From contig OZ076409.1 of NCBI GenBank assembly GCA_964187785.1, positions 37,326,001 to 37,390,000 of the forward strand: DNA of 64,000 nt, given 5' to 3'. Position 1 is the stretch's first letter, and every line of letters begins with the position of its first letter. Under the pieces are notes generated by a model. The model was given only the letters and a program-made list of their open reading frames with translations, made no database searches and had not been told where the DNA came from. Origin of the DNA: Amphiscolops sp. MND2022 (Eukaryota). Shown here piece after piece: positions 50,580 to 64,000 of the stretch. Position numbers and translations under genes: made by a program.

Positions 50580-53500
50580 GACAAAATCCGCTCCCAGCGG
50601 CCCAGTGAGCGCGCCCGAAAGGCTACCAAGAGTGCAGCTGCCGTCGCTGCTTCGTCCTAGACCCCCTCCATCCGCCTTTATTGTACTGTAGTTACGGTGT
50701 CCGGACTTCATTGTCTGGTTGAAGTTCCTACAGTAGTTTTTCCGTCTTCTTGAGTTGTGTCCGGACCTAAGTGTCCGGTTGATACTCAGAAGTCCATTTC
50801 CCGTCTTTCTTCCTGCCGTTTGGACAGTGTCCGGACTTCATTGTCTGATTGAAGTTCTTTCGGCCTTCTTCCGCCTTTTGGGGACTTAGTATTGGACCAA
50901 CCGTCATCCTTTCGGGAAGTGCAATTTTTTTTAAGTCGCTGTCTCGTCCCATGTAACTTCCTCCTGCGTTTTGTTACTTTCTTTTAACACAAAAAGTTGT
51001 AAAGTTTCTCTACCGTTGCTGTTATTGTGAGATACAGCTCGCATTCACTCCTCACCGCTTCCGTCAACCCAACATCTCCTCCGTTCAGCTGTGTCTAAGC
51101 TTAATTGCTTGGTTGACGCTGTCGAAGAGAAAGTTTTAATTCTAACTTCATAAACATTTTATCACTACTTTAATTCATTTTTTCTAACGGAAGTTCTTGA
51201 CGAAAATGACCGACGCCAGGCAAGACAAAGTCAAAAAACTTTTCGAAAGTCGTGCCAAAGCCGAGACCGAGTTACAGAGATTGCAGGAGAAAGTCCAAGA
51301 TGCAGTGGAGAACAAAGATAGACGTGTCCGCATTGAAAGACTTGTTACTTCCTGTGACGAAGCAATGACTAAACTGTTTGCCAAACATGAACAACTTTTC
51401 GAACTCGCTGGTAAAACAGAAGACCAGTCACTTGTTACACAAGATTTGGAAACTTGGTTGAATGAAGTGACCACTCGAAACGATAAGATTTTGAAGAATG
51501 CTCGTGACTACATCGATCAATGTCCGCTAGTCGATGCAGCATCTCAATCATCAACGACTGTCACCAAAAGCAAGCAACCAAGCAAAACGTCAACTTCAAG
51601 GACATCCAGACAATCGAGAACAACCAGACAGCGACAAAGGGACTTGCTAATTGCCAAGCAACGTAAGGTGGAGATAGAACAGCAAAATGAAGCCGCCCTT
51701 AGAATTGCAAAGCAACAGCAGGAACTGGAACTCGAACGTCTACATGAAGAACAGGAACTACTTAGACTGAGAACTGACCGACTTAGGAAGGAACAAGCAC
51801 TTCAAGTTGAACAGTTAGAAGAGCAAAACCGAAAGAAACTAGCTGAAGCAACACTCACCGAGCTTGAACTGACAGACGATTTGTCGGACTCTCAATCAGA
51901 GCTTCTAGACACGGTGACGCAATTAGCTACTTCGACTAAAGCTGACGATACGCTCCGAGTAAGCGAGTGGGTTAACAATTCACACATTACCACTGCAAGT
52001 CACCCCACAAACACTGCAGTTTCGGACACAAACACTGTTACCGTTACTTCTGTAGCACCACAATCGGTCAGTATGGGGGCTCCTACAACAACCCCATTGC
52101 CTAGCCTTCCAGTAGTGATTTCTGTAATTCCTCCGCCCGCGCCAACGGCTAACGACATGCCATCAGTTACGGGACTAAGTACATTAGTTAACATACCAAC
52201 TACGGAACCTGTCCAAAATCCACAACTAACTACGACTCCTCCAAGAACTTCTCCTTTAATTACAGCTACAGTACAGCCAGCTCCCACAGTCACAGTTCCC
52301 GCAAGCCATCTTCTTCCAAACTTATCGGTCTGGACGTTCCCGACAGGACCAAGCAACACGCATGTTAGCGCAACTCCTGTAACCACGAATCACAATGTAA
52401 TTCCGACAGTTCTTCCGACTACCAGTGTTGCCACAACAACTTCGCCTATTATTCCAGTCACCGCTGGAGGAACCGTATACTACATTAACCCGACGTCTAT
52501 GGCAACAGTGTCCGCACCGAACAGCACACCAATTCCGAGTACCTTCCCGACCATTCCTTCAGCAACGCAATTCGCACCTCCTACGTTCATCACTGCATCG
52601 CAACCAGCGACAAGCAGTTTCACTGTTCAAGATCTTTCGCAACTGTTAGCTTCGTCAAAGAGGGACCACCTCCCCGAATGGAAACTGGCACAGTACAGTG
52701 GGGACCCACTTCAATGGCACGAGTGGTATGGCCAGTTCAAGAGTGCCATCGATTCAGCCCCGCTGACCGATGACGTGAAACTAACATATCCAAAGACATT
52801 GGTGTCCGGTAAGGCAAACACCACTATCGCCGAGTTTGCCTACAGCGGTACCATGTACAAAGATGCGCTGAAAACATTGGAACGAAAGTTTGGGCAACCT
52901 CAAACCGTGGTTAGTGCCTACCTTGACAAACTTGCCAACTATCCGCCAGTTAAACTGCACAATAGCGACAGTATCATCAGCTATTCTGCCACTGTTTCCT
53001 CACTGGTTGGTGTTTTCCGATCCTTGAACTATCTCCAGGATTTGTCAAGCGCTTCGCTCATGAACCAAGCAGTTCAAAAACTTCCACCAAACCTGAAGGA
53101 AGCCTGGTCTATGAACACTGTCAAACGGAATCTGGACCGGCCGACGTTGATTCACTTCAATGACTGGCTGAAAGAAAAAGCAGAAGCGCACGAACGCATG
53201 AAAGCCACCTCCAGTAAACCGAGGACCGAAGAAGTTCCTGCCAACAGTGTAACCGAGACAAAAACGGGAACCAAGATTTTTGCGGCGACCACGAGCAATC
53301 AAGTGAAAACTGTCCCCAAGATTAGAAGTGAGAAACAGTGCATAGCCTGTAAAGACAGTCACCCACTGTGGCGATGCTCAGTATTCCGCCAAAAACTCCA
53401 ACTGAAAGAACCAAGCTGGCTGCCGAGAGTAAACTATGCTTTTCATGTTTGAACGACGGACATACATTCCGACAATGCCCGCAACCAAGAAAGTGCACCA

Positions 53501-56500
53501 AGGAAGGCTGTAGTAGCTCGCATAACACTTTACTGCACGGCGCCGATAGAATCTTCCCCCCAAAAAGTCTCGGTGATACAAAAACTACCCAAAGTAGTAA
53601 AACAAAGGTCAATCGAAAACAAACCGGCAGTGAAAATTCCGGCCTGCCTTCCGTAACTGATTACAAAGGCTTGTTGCAAATAGTAGAAGTTCAGTTGGAC
53701 TCATTGTCAAGCTCCCTGAAAGTCCTCGCTTTATGCGACTCAGCTTGTAGTCATTCTTGGATCTCAAGAAGTTTAGCTCACAAACTACGAGTCAAAGGCT
53801 CAGCAACCAAGTTAACCGTACACGCGATAAATTCCCAGCAAGTGGTCGACACAGAAACAGTTGAGCTTAAGTTGACGCCCATTCATTCGGGTAGCTCTTG
53901 TTCAACTATTCCTGTCACGCCTTATGTCCGAGATGATTTGAAAGTGGGAAACGACGTCATCGACGTTGACAATCTGAAAAAGATTTACCCACATTTAGAA
54001 CCGATCCCCCTCAGCAAGTACAGCTATTCAAACGTTGAGATGATCCTTGGTCAGGATGTCTTTCACTGTATCCGCCCATTGGAATACTTCGAAGCCGACC
54101 GTCCGAATACTCCGATAGCCGTCCGTTTGCCGTTGGGTTGGGTACTGAGTGGTCCACTTCCTTCCACTACGGGTCTTTTCTCGACTCTTTTCAAAGCTGT
54201 CACTAGCTCAGAGAATGATTCGATTCTTGCCGATCAACTTCGCAGCTGGTATGACATGGAGTCATTCGGCGCCTACAATCAAGTTGATTCGCGCTCCGCA
54301 GCCGATGCGCAAGCGATGAAAATTCTTGAAGAGACAACATTCAACGATGGATGCCGTTACCAAGTTGGTATGTTGTGGGCCGATGACGAAAGTACGTTAC
54401 CGAACAACTACTTCTCGGCTCAAGTCTTTAGAACGCCGCCTAGGGAAAGATCCTCAACTGAAAGAAAATTACAGCAAAACAATCAAAGAGGATTTTGAAA
54501 AAAGGTATATTGTTCAAGTCGATAAATCCGAATGCTTCCGAACTGATAACCGTCGTGAATGGTACTTACCACATCACCCCGTGATACACCCACACAAACC
54601 CGGCAAAGTGAGAAGAGTTCTGAATGGCGCCGCGAAGTTTCACGGTTATTCTCTGAACAATGCTCTTTTAACGGGTCCAGATCTGCTGCAATGTTTAATT
54701 CATGTCGTTTTTAGATTCCGTCAATACCCCAACGCCGTATCCGCCGACATCGAAGGAATGTTCTTACAAGTAGGAGTTATTCCGAAAGACCAGCCCTCTC
54801 TTCGTTTTCTGTGGCGGGAGGACCCATCAACTGAAGTTGCTGTTTTTCAATACGTAAGGCACATCTTCGGTTCGAAAGACTCCCCGACATGCGCAAATTA
54901 CGCCCCAAAGAGGACCGCAACAGACAATGCTGAAACTTTTCCGACTGCCGCCCAGAGCGTGCAAACAAACTTCTACATAGACGACTACCTCGAATATAGT
55001 CCCACAGCTGAAGAAGCCGTTCAAAAAGCTAAAGATTAGACGAAATTGCTTTCAATTGGTGGATTCAAGCTAACAAAGTTCATGTCTAACGACTCCAACA
55101 TCCTGCAGCAAATCGAACCTAACTCTGACAGCAAACCAACGATGGTAAACCGTTACTATCAACAGAGGAATCATCACATGTACTTGGCCTCAAATGGAAC
55201 CATGCCTCAGGCACACTTGGTGTTAGCCGAGGCACCACTCCTGATACAAACCGAACTGTTACTCAAAGAATTGTCCTCAGCCTCGTCTCCGCAGTTTACG
55301 ACCCTATTGGACTCGTAGCTCCGTACACAGTGAAAGCCCGACTTCTACTCAAAGACATATGGAGACTGAGTGGCCAGAAATGGGATGACATTCTCCCAGA
55401 CGACATTGTAACCAAGTTTCTTGACTGGAGTTCTGAATTGGGAACACTTAGCGAACTCAGGATTCCGAGAAGTTATTTCCAACATAAGGTCGAGCGTCTG
55501 GAGTTACATATGTTTGGGGACAGTTCGCAAGATGTTTTCAGTGCAGTAGCTTTCCTCAGAGGCAAAGTCATTAGCGGCGATGACAGTTCTACTGAACTAG
55601 CCTTCGTTTTCGGCAAAGCACGAGTCGCACCAATGAAAGCCTTGACCATTCCTAAACTCGAACTGCAGGCCGCACTGCTTTCCGCAAGATTGAGAAACGA
55701 AGTGCAACGCGCTTTAACTCTGCAAATCGAGAAGACTTCCATGTGGACCGACAGTACTACAGTGCTTCAGTGGTTACACTCCCTTGAAAAGCAGCCTGTA
55801 TTTGTTGCAAACCGCGTCGCGGAGATACTCGAACTGACGACTGCAGACGAGTGGTACCATGTTCAATCCGCTGACAACCCTGCTGATGCTGGAACAAGAG
55901 GTTTGTCCGCCAAAGCTCTTTTGCAGAGTAGTTGGTTAACCGGTCCCAAATTCTTGAAAACAAATGAATGGCCCTTCAAGCCATCCGGAGACTTTCGACT
56001 GAAACTGAAACAAGCTAAACCGGATCCTCTCGATGAACCAAGTACAGAAACGTGTACACTGCTGTCTGAAACCCAAGATACAAATGCGAAAACTTTCGAG
56101 TGGCAGAAGTATGGCTCATACGAGAAACTCCTGCGCATTGCAGGCTACGTTTTACGGCTTCTGTCGAGAAATAAGGACTACAAGACAAACTCTTGCGTCA
56201 TCACCGATCCTGCTGAACTTGAAAATTCCGAACAACATCTTCTCTACCTGACCCAAGCAGAATCCTTCCGAGCTGAAAAAAGTAACCTGCTGAAGTCAAC
56301 CCCGCTCAGTGAATCTTCGAAAATCGTCCGATTTTCCCCCTTTATTGGACCAAACGGTCTCTTGCGAGCGTCTGGCCGAACAAGACTACTCGAAACCGCC
56401 ACATTTGATGTCAAACACCCCATTCTATTGTATGCCCGTCATCGACTAGTCAGACTTCTCTTAGAACATTTACACTCCCAACATTGCCATCAGGGCGTTG

Positions 56501-57728
56501 ACTATCTGAGAGCGTTGGTGCCAGCAGCGATTTGCTGTAGTCAAGCTGAGAGCCGTCCTGAGAACCATTGTTTCGAGATGCCTAACATGCCGTAAACGAA
56601 AAGCTGAAACCCTGACTCCAATAATGTCCGACCTACCCCGCGAAAGGCTGGCGTTTAAAGAACCACCTTTCTCGAACACTGGGATTGATTACTTCGGACC
56701 GTTTTTCGTATCAGTGAAAAGGTCGACTGAAAAACGGTGGGGCTTCCTTTTTACTTGTCTGACGACTTGCGCCGTTCACTTTGAAGTTGTTCCCAGTATG
56801 GATACCAGCAGTTGCGTGATGGGGATTGAAAGATTTTGTGCCCGCCGTGGAATCCCATCAGTAATCTGGTCCGACAACGGGACAAACTTCGTTGCCAGCG
56901 AGAAAGAACTTTTATCCAAAATCAGCAATTGGAATAAACAAGTTCTCAGCGAGTCACTCGTTAAGAAAGGGATTAGGTGGAAGTTTAACCCTCCAAGTGC
57001 CCCCCCACCATGGAGGTGTTTGAGAACGTCTAGTCCGTAGCTTCAAACACGTTTTTTACGCCGTTTTAGGAAACCGCCGTTTGACAGACGAAACCTTGAC
57101 GAAAACGTTTTGCCTGGCGGAACAATGTCTCAACGCCCGCCCAATCACACCAGTTAGTCCTGAAGCTACTGACGTCGACGCTCTCATGCCAAATCACTTT
57201 CTTCTTGGAACAGCTAGTTCAGCATTGCCCTCACACTTCCGCCCTTAGGTAGACCATCGAAAGCGATATGTTCGAGCTCAAGCGTATTCGGACGCAATTT
57301 GGAATCGTTGGCTCAAGGAGTACGTTCCAAACCTCAATCGTCGCTCGAAATGGTTCCAGTCGTCAGACCGACATCTAAAAACCGGAGATCTTGTCTGGCA
57401 AGTTGAACCTACCGCACAAAGAGGACACTACCCACTTGGCCGTGAAGTTGAACTACGGCACCGATTCCATCGCCCGTTCTGCTGAAGTCAAGACCTCGAC
57501 CGGAAATTTTGTTCGCCCAGTTGTCAAGCTCGCTTCCGTTCTCCCCATTTCCGAGTAAACTATATGTTAAAAAATAATCAATTTAATTCATTTCGTCATT
57601 TTTTATTTTGTTTTTTTTTGTAACAAGTATAACAACTACAATTAAAAACTTTTTTTTGTTGGATTGATTCATTTGTCTACATCTTCTTGGGCCCGGAGGA
57701 TGTTGCGTTCGCAATAAGATTGAAATAA
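50580..57728 (+). mobile_element. BEL/Pao LTR retrotransposon, decayed, LTRs truncated
   Basis: BEL-type gag-pol; PPT/LTR junction GGGCCCGGAGGA|TGTTGCG at 57701; only ~28 bp of the 3' LTR remains and no matching 5' LTR start was found. Confidence 0.88.
51206..57558 (+). pseudogene. BEL/Pao gag-pol polyprotein (DUF1759-like gag, Cys/His boxes, protease, RT, RNase H, integrase), frameshifted
   Basis: YSGDPLQWHEWYGQFKSAI; CIACKDSHPLWRC, CFSCLNDGHTFRQC, CTKEGCSSSHNTLLH; ALCDSACSHS; WYLPHHPV, ADIEGMFLQV, FYIDD; LHMFGDSS, TIPKLELQAA; GIDYFGP, WSDNGTNF. Confidence 0.95.
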
Positions 57729-58002
57729 TTTTATCTAATATTTCTTCGAAATAACTTCATGAAATCTGAAATACATAGTAAAAAACATCTTTTTGGAAAA
57801 ATCAAAAAGTTGTTTCTTTGCTATCTCGAAACCTAATGATCTGAGTCATGTTTGTTTATGTGTTTATTGGTTTTCTGTAAAAGTTTGCGGGATTATCATT
57901 GTGGATGTATTCCTTCTTGGATTCAAACTTGTGTTATCTCTGAAACATCTTTTTGAGAAAATTCCCAAAACGAGGTATAGGAAACCTATACAATTCTTTC
58001 AT
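57729..58002 (+). repeat. ~270-bp direct duplication, copy 2
   Basis: Matches 48894-49167. Confidence 0.9.
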
Positions 58003-58367
58003 TCTTGCTCTTTGTTGTCGAAGTACCTGCCAATTTCGTGGAAACAGCGAAAAGAGCAATCACATGCTCAGTGCCACGTCACACATCGGATTAGAATTTT
58101 TGACAAAATTTCTGAACATGTCAAAGTTGCAAAATCGGTTGATATTGCTGTACCAGAGCTTGCCGTTACAGATTTTATCAAAACCAAAAGTTCCATATAT
58201 CTTTGGTAATATGTTAAAAAATTGTTACTTTCTGATTTAGAGTTGTCGAGAATATTGAAATTGAAGTCGACGCATTATTTCGGAAAGACCCTGTACTTCT
58301 GCTGCAGCTGCTCATTCTAGATCGTTGAAATATACAACGGTGTACTCACCATCTAGTCAGGGAAAAA

Positions 58368-58837
58368 GGGTGCCGTTGTAAGTTCGCCATATTTAAGTTC
58401 GCCACGTATAAGTTAGCCCGTAAAACTTAGCCACGTTTAAGTTAGCCACCATATAAGATCGCCACGTTTATTTTCGCACATTTCAGCTAATGAAAGAGTT
58501 CCATATCAGCGATTATTTTCATTTGGTTATATTTAGTGGCGAGTAGCATACTTGTTGTATGGCTCGGTCGCTTCGCTCCCTTCGCCAAGTAGCAACATTG
58601 AGGCATGGCCATATGGCACGTCGCTCCGCTTCGCTTCGCTCCTGCATTTAGGGCACTAGGGGTATGTGAACATATCTGACTACTTTATCGTAATTTTGAA
58701 TGCTCGAATTTGATTGGCCGAAAATGTGGCGAACTTGTATGTGGCGAACATATATGGTGGCTAAATTAAATATGGCTAAGATTTACGGGCTAACTTATAT
58801 GTGGCGAACTTAAAAGTGGCGAACTTAAACGGACACG
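58368..58837. mobile_element. Foldback-type MITE with ~110-bp inverted arms built of ~16-bp AAGTT(C/A)GCCAC subrepeats
   Basis: Left TAAGTTCGCCA arrays mirror right TGGCGAACTTA arrays; flanks GGGAAAAA and GGGAAAAC resemble an 8-bp TSD; internal TCGCT microsatellite. Confidence 0.8.
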
Positions 58838-59473
58838 GGGAAAACGAAGCAGTTATTTGATCTTATTTTCTTGTTTTTGCAATAGTTGCAGAGAAAAAAA
58901 TCAACTTCAAAAAATTTTTCGTATTGGTAATTCTTTAATTCTTATACATTAGGTAGCTGTGACGGCTTTATTAGGTTATTCCGTGCCGTGGCCGCTTCAA
59001 AATAAGTAACATTGGCTACGTTCGGTGTCAAAAAGACTAATGACAATTTGATTGACAGTGAACAAGGCGTTATGGTACTTGAAGCACTTAATGTTTTCTT
59101 CTGTTTATAAGTATACTTCAAGTACCATAACTATAGTATCACCCAATCTGACTTAGCTACGTTGCTGATGAATAATGCTTAATAAACTCAGAAGATGAGC
59201 AACAGCCAAATTCCTACCGTCTGGAATTTGGCACGAGACATTCAAAGCAATTTTGGAAAAAGTTTTTCATATACTTTCAGGTTTCTGTGAAAACAAGCTT
59301 TTTTAAAAATGCTGATTTCGAGTTAATTTAGCTGCCCAGCAGCACCTGAAAACATGGTTTTGGACACAGCAGATGATATGTATTAAAACAATGAAATAAC
59401 TTTCCCAAAATTTTTCAAACTTGAAATCATCGAACTTTTCCAAACTTCTCAAAACAGACTACCACTTTTACTT

Positions 59474-60445
59474 CCCGGGTTGACCCTCTTACTAGCATCT
59501 TGGCTGTCTTGGCAAGATAAGATCTTACCAAATTCTTACTACATCTTGGCGACCATGGAACCCATGGCAAGATTCTTAATAAGATCCTACTAAGATGGTA
59601 CTATATTCCAAGATCGTATCTTGTCACGATGGACAAAATTCTAAGATAGTAAAAAAACACTATACACTCGGTACAAGCAGCCGAGACTCAATCCAAAGGC
59701 TCATTTCACCATCCAACGACTATTTCTACTCGTTTTCATAATCAAAATGCTTTAACCTGTCGAAAAAAGTTTGTGCGAAAAATTACCATAACGTATTCTG
59801 GCTTCCGAAATTCTGACGAGAATCCTGATAACTCCTCACCTGTTCAAGATTGAGAAATGTGAATGTGCCAAATGAACGCTCATTTCAAGGACTTTTGAAA
59901 ACTTGTAATTTATCACTCCTTGCGATTTCAGAGATCACAAACGTCCAAAACCACTATCGGAAAGTTACACAGGGAACACTAAGAAATCCGGAAAGTTTTG
60001 TAAATTCATATCTCCGTCTTTCTTAGAGCCTATTTCAGCAGCCCTATTACTGCTGGAAACGGCGGTCATTACCCGGTGCGGGCAATGATGCAGCTCGAGG
60101 TTTTTCTGACGCAATTGATAGAACAATTTAAATTTAATCAGTGCATCCCTAAACAAGCAGCAAAAGGACTCTTCAATCAAATTTTATACCTTGCTAAACG
60201 AAAAATTTAATGTCTAACGATATAAATCTGCAAAAATGTTGATTTTCATCGACTTCCTTTCAGATTTTTTTCTGGCCAAATAGGATTTTGCAATGAAATT
60301 TTTCTTGAGATCATGGCTCTCTTCTTGATAAGGTCTTACCATGACGTCTTGCAATTCTTGGCAATATCTTGGCAAGATCTTAGCTAAGTTTTTTCCAAGA
60401 TCTTGCCAAAATCTTACTAAGATATCCATGGAGGGTCGACCCGGG
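59474..60445. mobile_element. MITE with CCCGGGT(T/C)GACCCTC TIRs and CAAGAT/ATCTTG-rich subtermini
   Basis: CCCGGGTTGACCCTC ... GAGGGTCGACCCGGG. Confidence 0.75.
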
Positions 60446-62788
60446 TTGTCAAGAAGTTTGTTTTAGGTAAACGTCACGTTGCTTGTTTAGTTTTCTCGAA
60501 GTTGTAGTCAACAGCAAAATTTTGTGAAAACAAAAAATCCCCTGCAAACTTGCTAAATCTTTGTGTGTCATCTGGATCTCATGCCGGATCTTTTCTGTTA
60601 ATTCACCCACCAATTTAGTTCGCCTCAGTTAAGCGGTCAAGTGAAATTATCATTGAATTAATAGTAACAGCCAATCAAATTGCAGTATTTCATAGCTCTA
60701 ACTGCAACCGAAACTCATCGCTAATAGTGGTGGAGAATTAAAATTTCCGTGCTTACTGTGGGGGGAATTAACAGAAGAGATCTCTTATGCCATGTAGTTA
60801 TTAAAGAGATAATTAGAACTGTGATTTCTTATGCTCATCGAGATGACGTCACAAAAAGTGCAGCGGTAGCCTATAAACATGTACTGAGCATACGCTTTCA
60901 CATGGAACTCCTAAACAGCTAACATTTCCGTAGGAGCCTTACACGCAAATGTTCTTAAAAACAGTTCAAACATGCGAAAAGCGGAACACATACATGGAAA
61001 TGAAGTGTAAAATTTTATAAATTCTTTGATCGCAGCTCAAGTTATTAAGAGTTGGAAAAGCCACTTGCAAAATTTTCCTTGCAGTCAAAATAATCGGACT
61101 CCAAAATAAACCACCGGTCCGCAGATGGTCTATGTTGACAATGCGATGAGCTGCGGAGTTTGGGACTGCGTTACAGTTTCCAATTCAGAACAAAGCTCTT
61201 TAATTCATGGCGCTCTCAGTTTCAATGAAGGTTTGTCTGTCAGCCCGATATTGCTACCGTACATATGTTTCAGAACTTACTGGAAAGTTGCCAAGGTGTG
61301 TTCATGCAGATTTTGATAGAAGAATGAAAGAGTTGAAATGATTTCTTTCAAATTCGAAAGTGACATGTTTCACATGAGAATTATAAAAAAAACATTCTTG
61401 AAGTTAGCTCTCAATTCACAACAAGATGGTTCATTTTACGATATTATGACTAATCTTTTTGATGACACAGCTAACATCGAAAGAACTTTTCAAATGCAAA
61501 ACACAAATTGAAAAAGGCTGAAATTTCAATAAAACACGAAGTTTCTATAAGATCAATCTCCCCCGGCTAGTACCAATTCATTCGACCGATTTTGAAGAAA
61601 ATTCACATGTTTTTCGTAAGTAGATGTGGTCGCTTGGTATTGACAAGAAATGTCTCACTGCCGATAAGAAATTATAATTTTCCTGGGAGATGAACATTTT
61701 TTTTCATTTTTTAATTTATAAGAATCAGTTAAATTCAAACCTAACGTATTTTATTTTTCAATTAACGTATTTTCTAATTCAAAATCATCGGTATATATGA
61801 TCGTCGCCTTGGTCACAAAATCCGTATGCGCATATTATTATTTTGCTTTTATTGTTGCTATTTATTATATATCAGCATTCACATGCCTCTCACTATGATG
61901 TTTCGTTACATATGTAACATGTTTTGTTTCGTTATCATCTTCAAACATTTCTGAAGTTATGCGTATGTTTTGGTTAGAACAGAATGCAACTTTTGTCTTG
62001 TAAATATAATCAACCACAATTACAGTAATTACAGTAATAACAGTGGTGTCCCAAAAAATGTGACTTCAAGTCAATTTGTGTTGCCTCGTAACTCAACAAG
62101 TATTCAGAAAAAGTAAACTACTTAGAAGAAATTTTTTCTTAGAACTTGAGTTCGAAAGTTTGAAAACCGTTTTAGAAAATCAAAGGCTCTCTTTCCAATT
62201 TCTGACTAAAATCCAATTAACTTTTTAAAATAGGTGTTTGCTGGGAAAGTTTTGCATTCAATTTAGTCAATAAGGCTGATAGACTTTCTTTTCATAACCA
62301 TCATCAAAAGTAATTACGAAGATTTTTTTGAAAATGTAAATCTATATTCTTATCTTGAAGTAGAAGCAATTTCAAATTTCCGCATGGAAGTTTTGCTCCC
62401 CAAGTTTACTGGACATGGCTTGCCTTTCATGATTCATTGGTTCGTCATGCCAAGAATCACATTCCATGATGATGGAAAGATGCCCATGATGACATGGAAG
62501 ATCATGGATGAAAATCTTGAAATTTGGCTTGAAAGGACCTACCCCTTTAATTATTCTGCAATAGTAATCAGAGATGTAAAATATTGTATTTGAATATTAT
62601 TTTCAAAAAATAAAAATATTCAATAGTTGCTGGCTAACAATAAATATATCAATTATATTGTCCAATATTGTGTGAGGAAAAATATATTGTTCGAACAAAG
62701 ATTTCGTTTGCACACTTCTTAGACTGTATTTATATCCATCAAAAAAATAACCGAACTTGCTGAATCTTGTTTTCCTACACGACTAGTA

Positions 62789-63486
62789 CCCAGTTTGAAA
62801 TATCTTGAAACTCTTTCCTATATCTTGGATTTTCCTGCGAATTCCCGCAACCTCTTGAAACCCTTGATAAGATCTTGAATTATTCTTGGACCGTTAAAAA
62901 ATCTTGAAATTCTCGACAAAATATATTATTGTCAAGATTCTTCTCAAGAACTTCCAGAGGTGAAAATTTCGAATTCATCGTTCGGGCACAAAATTTACAC
63001 CAAGAGGCCACGTTCTCGTCGTGGGTCCCGTCACGTGGAATCAAAATGGTACCACTCGCGGAGAGCCTCAATAACTCAACATAAGGAACGTGGTTCCAGA
63101 TAGCTGTAAACTTTTTTTGCCTTTCGAAACTATATCCGACAACTACCTGATCGATTTTTCGATGCTTATGAATCTTATTTCTATTGATTTAGATTTCCTT
63201 CCAATTGAACGTTTGTGGTTCGGATTTCCTTGCGGTGGGCTAGGTTGTAAACGGAAATCTTTCAACCTCTCGCTTTTTTCGGCTTATTCTTGGGTTTTCC
63301 CGGATTTCTTGGCAAAATTCTTGGTACTTCTTGGATTTTCCTGAGACGTTGTTTTGTGAGTTTTTTTTCAGTCGAAAGAATAAAGTATTTATCTTGAAGT
63401 TCTTGGCAAGATTTTGCAAGATCGTACATATTCTTGGCTTTCTTGGTAAAAAACTTGGTGAGAATTTCAAGATACTTTACACTGGG
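62789..63486. mobile_element. MITE with ~26-bp CCCAGT TIRs and TA flanks
   Basis: TA|CCCAGTTTGAAATATCTTGAAACTCT ... AGAATTTCAAGATACTTTACACTGGG|TA. Confidence 0.82.
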
Positions 63487-64000
63487 TAACTAAATCGGAA
63501 ACTTTACAACAGTTGGCCGAGAAATCGAAATGAGTTTCGTGCATTTTGCGTATACGATTATAAGATTACGTTTGTGTAAATACTTGCCAACATTAAAATG
63601 AATATTAAAATATATGGGCCCAAAACACAAATACTTTGGAACAAAAAAATAAACTGTATTGTACAGAAATAAAGTCAAACAATTTTGTTTGTTTTGTCAA
63701 TACATTAAATTCGATGTATTTTTTTACATTCCTGATGGTAATGCACTTAGCAACAGAAGGAAAATTAGTGATCAGAAGAAGGAGTTCTACGTACAAAAGC
63801 AAAAGACGATTCGTTTTTCAGTACTCAACTTTATTTCCATGATTACAACGTTGCGAATCTGATTCAACAATTTATTCTTCGCTAAAAGACTTTTCGAAAG
63901 TTTCAAACATTTTACAATCAGTTGTTCCACCGTTATTTTGCGGAAAACAATCTTCTAAACAAAATTAGTTCCATTCGAAGTCTCCTGATTGGTTTTCGCT

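Noticed and set aside
60500..62700. Possible host exons (e.g. ORFs 61125-61316, 62384-62593)
   Set aside because: Short, no domain signature and no convincing splice pattern; 62384-62593 is a CATG-rich repeat remnant.

Overview
Eukaryotic, AT-rich, transposon-dense window (probably an invertebrate animal; the species cannot be established from sequence alone) with a 200-N gap at 6292-6491. No intact host gene, RNA gene or CRISPR array was found. It contains two large, TSD-bounded Ty3/Gypsy LTR retrotransposons from related but distinct families: A (6871-26201, TSD GTACC, carrying a nested Mag-like element B at 14448-18077) and C (32293-48413, TSD TCAAC). It also has two solo LTRs of the same lineage (27760-28882, 29935-32146), a decayed Mag-like element (~130-3200), a decayed BEL/Pao element (~50580-57728), several MITEs, a Helentron/DINE-like insert and an LDLa-repeat pseudo-exon. 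Main finding: A and C share an unusual architecture. (1) The Gag N-terminus is encoded inside the LTR and reads in frame through the LTR/PBS junction. (2) Between pol and the 3' LTR lies an antisense, multi-intron gene of ~1000 codons with conserved exon boundaries. It encodes a BED-like zinc finger and what appears to be a catalytically dead hAT-transposase-like body. (3) A divergently oriented sense ORF with SUMO-interacting-like motifs ends inside the 3' LTR. (4) Family-specific CpG-containing motifs cluster in the LTRs, the introns and, in A, the spacer between the two accessory genes. Together this suggests a retrotransposon-borne regulatory or anti-silencing module, although the function is inference.
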